DNA from: a virus
Taxonomy: Duplodnaviria > Heunggongvirae > Uroviricota > Caudoviricetes
Length of the DNA stretch: 64,000 nt
Strand: one strand, 5' to 3'
Virus record (IMG/VR): IMGVR_UViG_3300037418_003161
Location: 108,420-172,419 of that record
This document shows, piece by piece, positions 61,445 to 64,000 of the stretch. Each line of letters starts with the position of its first letter. Position 1 is the first letter of the stretch. The position numbers and the translations under genes were made by a program. The notes beneath the pieces are model-generated. The model had not been told where the DNA came from and did not search any database. It was given only the letters and a program-made list of their open reading frames with translations.

Positions 61445-61537
61445 CCGCTTATTGTGATATGACAAAATGTCTTTTTTACTTATCTTTGTTTTACGATAAT
61501 AGGGTTCTGATTGAGAATGTCCTTAGCCCCATAAAAC

Positions 61538-61819
61538 TTATTTCTTAAACCAATAACCGTTTTTTAAATGAGGAATATCCGATTTTATAAGAATTCCTTG
61601 GTGGGGAAAATAGGTTTTTATAGTTTTAAGCAATCTAGCAAATGATGGTTGCTGTTCGCCCAAATAAATATTGTTCTCAAAAGAACAATGAATAACAATA
61701 GACATATTATCCTCATGTGGAAGGATAGATTTAACATATGTTGCCCCGGCGAGTCCGTTGCTATACCATTTTGATTTAAACTTATTGTTGAGATATTCGA
61801 AATAATTAAACCTTTTCAT
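61538..61819 (-). CDS. small YFG-family-like protein
   Basis: YLNNKF..YVKSI..IKTYFPHQG. Confidence 0.5.
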   Translation of the reverse strand: MKRFNYFEYLNNKFKSKWYSNGLAGATYVKSILPHEDNMSIVIHCSFENNIYLGEQQPSFARLLKTIKTYFPHQGILIKSDIPHLKNGYWFKK

Positions 61820-62055
61820 CGCTTGCCTTCCTGAAATGATTCCTTGGTTGAATTTTTCATTTTAATGATATCGCCCAAAGATAAATTAAAATTGGCTGCA
61901 TAAGCTTCTATTGCCCCCACAAGGTCACACATTTCACAGATGATGAGAACCTTGTTGTCCTGTTTATGGGCATCTTTGAGTTCCTGATATTCTTCCCGGA
62001 TTTTGGAAAACGCCCCCAATTTTCCTTTTTTGATGTTTTTAAGATGATAGCCCAT
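61816..62055 (-). CDS. MazG-like all-alpha NTP pyrophosphatase
   Basis: KIREEYQELKDA..EMCDLVGAI. Confidence 0.7.
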   Translation of the reverse strand: MGYHLKNIKKGKLGAFSKIREEYQELKDAHKQDNKVLIICEMCDLVGAIEAYAANFNLSLGDIIKMKNSTKESFQEGKR

Positions 62056-62590
62056 TGATTAATTTTTTGCAATAACTGGTTCGAGGTTCAGCACACCCGG
62101 TAGCATAGATGTACCGGATAAATTGAAAATCCCGGATGCCATAACTTCCCAATTCAATATCGTTCCACATAAGGTCATAACCATCTTCTGTTTTCACTTG
62201 GAGAATTTTTTGTCCAAGAACCCGGACAAAAAAATCATGACAGATATTGACAACAAATTGAAGTTGGTCTTCTGAGACATCATCGGTCACAATCAATTCG
62301 TTTTTCATGAAATATTTGGTATGGATGATGCTGAACTGTTCATCCCGAAGGCAGGGAGTGATGGTTTGATATTTTCCGGGGGGCAGAAAGCCTTTGATTT
62401 GTAAATACAAAAACGATTGTTCTCCTGAACCCACCAAACATTTTTTGTTGTGTTCCAATTTATAAGCTTGTTTGCCTTCAGGCATGGTCAGGTTGTTGAC
62501 ATATTCGGATACCGTCCACGGAGCTTCAATTCTTCGAAATCTTGGAGCATAATAATCAACACTATCGGCCAGTAATTGATAATCAATCAT
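62039..62590 (-). CDS. stand-alone class II aminoacyl-tRNA-synthetase-like catalytic core
   Basis: IEAPW (motif 1 region), GSGEQ, TPCLRDE..H..F.K.E (motif 2), ELGSYG, ATGCAEPR (motif 3); no anticodon-binding domain. Confidence 0.72.
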   Translation of the reverse strand: MIDYQLLADSVDYYAPRFRRIEAPWTVSEYVNNLTMPEGKQAYKLEHNKKCLVGSGEQSFLYLQIKGFLPPGKYQTITPCLRDEQFSIIHTKYFMKNELIVTDDVSEDQLQFVVNICHDFFVRVLGQKILQVKTEDGYDLMWNDIELGSYGIRDFQFIRYIYATGCAEPRTSYCKKLINGLSS

Positions 62591-62732
62591 GGGAAAAAAA
62601 TACTCTGCTGACGGTGAATCCCAAAACTAATGCAATGGGGCAACCAATATAGGTAAATAAATAATCACTGTTAGAATAAATGGTGAACATACTGACAACC
62701 AATCCTAACATCCAAAGAAGTTTATATTTCAT
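62583..62732 (-). CDS. small membrane protein (49 aa)
   Basis: Manual translation MKYKLLWMLGLVVSMFTIYSNSDYLFTYIGCPIALVLGFTVSRVFFSHD. Confidence 0.5.
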   Translation of the reverse strand: MKYKLLWMLGLVVSMFTIYSNSDYLFTYIGCPIALVLGFTVSRVFFSHD

Positions 62733-62806
62733 AAAAAAAATATAGAAAAAAATAAACACAAAGTCAAATACTGGATTAACCCCGTTACACCCTAAGATGA
62801 AATTTT

Positions 62807-63364
62807 TTATTGTTGTTTCTGTCTTCCTCGACTGCGAATCGGGATGTTTCTGCGTTTTAATACGTCAGTAATCTTTTTGTGTCCAACTTTCATCATTGCG
62901 GCAAGTGCGTGGGTGGAATATTCACCAGTTAAATAAAATGCTTCCACTTCTTCTTCCCAATCCTCACTTCTTTTGGGTTCTTTTTTCACAGCACTTCTTA
63001 CATAGAAATAATCTATATACCAAAGTATGCCGCTTTTAAACAACCTTCTTCTTTGATATTCTGATGGGAAGGTAACATCAGGGTATAGTTCTATCAGGTG
63101 TTTGGTAATACCCCCACCTTTGTTTAAAACATCCTCGATAACCTTTCCGGTCTTTTTACATACCAATATCTTCCCATTCAAGAATGAATAATCTGCTTCG
63201 GCAGATGTGTCGTATTTTTTGCTACGACCCTTACCACGGATTTCTACACCATTATCCTGAAGGATTTGCTTTATTTTATTAGGTCGAACGCTGAACAGGG
63301 AGGAAAGTTCATGTAATGACATTCCACCAATGGTATATAATTTTACAACACCGTTTATCTTCAT
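62807..63364 (-). CDS. HTH-repeat DNA-binding protein
   Basis: Two modules (MSLHELSSLF..IKQIL..GVEIR; YSTHALAAMM..ITDVL..NIPIR); start moved to ATG 63364. Confidence 0.6.
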   Translation of the reverse strand: MKINGVVKLYTIGGMSLHELSSLFSVRPNKIKQILQDNGVEIRGKGRSKKYDTSAEADYSFLNGKILVCKKTGKVIEDVLNKGGGITKHLIELYPDVTFPSEYQRRRLFKSGILWYIDYFYVRSAVKKEPKRSEDWEEEVEAFYLTGEYSTHALAAMMKVGHKKITDVLKRRNIPIRSRGRQKQQ

Positions 63365-63390
63365 AAAACAAAGATAAAACAAAAATTTAT

Positions 63391-63999
63391 TTATAAAAGC
63401 ATTTCATATTTTAATTTACCACAATCCCAAACCCAATCCCAACCAAAACTTTTCATCCAACCCCATTCTGTGTTGGCATCAATATTTTCAACTTTAAATT
63501 TCTTTTTGATATTTCTCTTCCCAAAGTTGAATTTATGGAATCGCTTAAAACGAGAAACTATTTCATTATAGTACCAATAATCAGGTGGGATGGCTTTTAC
63601 CTTGGTGAAGCCAAGTTTAAGATAAATATTGTCGGTTTCATTTGACCATCTTCTATCAGCCATGGAAATTATTTTGGTTGGATTGTATTTCCCAATAAAA
63701 TATTTCAATAGTCTGTGAGCAATTCCGCTACAGATGACATTATTATCCACACAAAACCGGGATAATTCATATTCATGTGATAAATTTTTGATGGTGGTCT
63801 TATTCATTCCCCGGACATTATCAAAACACATTACAGCAATCAACCTATCACCATAAAATGCTCCCAATTTAATTGGTGATTTATTTGCCCCCTGAATATG
63901 GTGTTTCTCCAAAAATAAATTTTTAAGAACTGAATCGATTTCACGAATTTCACATTTACGGGCATGGATAATTTCATTATCTGTTTTCTTATTTATTAT
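63391..63999 (-). CDS. homing-endonuclease-like protein, copy 3 (C-terminal GNAT-like part; 5' truncated by window)
   Basis: Frame open to window edge: IHARKCEIRE..HIQG..ELSRFC..GIAHRLL..SMADRRW..WDCGKLKY. Confidence 0.8.
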   Translation of the reverse strand: MINKKTDNEIIHARKCEIREIDSVLKNLFLEKHHIQGANKSPIKLGAFYGDRLIAVMCFDNVRGMNKTTIKNLSHEYELSRFCVDNNVICSGIAHRLLKYFIGKYNPTKIISMADRRWSNETDNIYLKLGFTKVKAIPPDYWYYNEIVSRFKRFHKFNFGKRNIKKKFKVENIDANTEWGWMKSFGWDWVWDCGKLKYEMLL

Positions 64000-64000
64000 G

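Noticed and set aside
9757-63382. ORF-track N-termini MFYLC.. (9774, 39827, 47480, 63382) as a shared peptide motif
   Set aside because: They are translations of the promoter TTGTTTTATCTTTGT; real starts are downstream ATGs
1-64000. Stop-codon reassignment (TAG or TGA recoding)
   Set aside because: Long conserved genes are intact in code 11, and TAG/TGA end genes at sensible C-termini (e.g. 14192, 25783, 46413)
1-64000. tRNA, tmRNA or rRNA genes
   Set aside because: No cloverleaf with T-loop GGTTCRAATCC found by eye; ATTCGAATCC at 46401 is inside a coding 3' end. tRNAscan-SE/ARAGORN would confirm
1-64000. Diversity-generating retroelement, integrase or IS element
   Set aside because: No reverse transcriptase, recombinase or transposase motifs and no TR/VR pair seen

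Overview
This 64 kb window is a segment of a large lytic myovirus (jumbo/huge-phage type) with T4-like morphogenesis genes, read in the standard genetic code. It encodes tail sheath, tail tube, neck/head-completion and baseplate-hub-like proteins, a family B DNA polymerase, an intein-containing SNF2 helicase, PhoH, a sigma-factor-like protein, four glycosyltransferases, several Vsr/DUF559-type endonucleases and translation-related genes (organelle-type monomeric PheRS, Pth2-like hydrolase, stand-alone class II aaRS-like core). The host is inferred to be Bacteroidota because the TTG-N~20-TAnnTTTG promoter recurs about 15 times in front of non-structural genes. A second motif, ATATTTAT, precedes structural genes and is a probable late promoter. 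I saw no tRNA, rRNA, CRISPR array, integrase or reverse transcriptase. Main oddities: (1) four covarying hairpin RNA-like units with an invariant UCCUUCUAA loop, two promoters, and a large TerD-like gene downstream (3.0-5.6 kb); (2) an intein whose homing endonuclease is encoded in the +1 frame overlapping the splicing motifs; (3) a micro-leader MM-amber-IANRGSP-opal ahead of the Pth2 operon; (4) a dispersed, hypervariable, AT-rich family of small proteins, many with capsid-targeting-like N-termini; (5) gene cassettes bounded by a recurrent CCCGGAAA..TCCGGG palindrome; (6) apparent absence of GATC and CCWGG. All family assignments are motif recognition by eye; no database searches were run.
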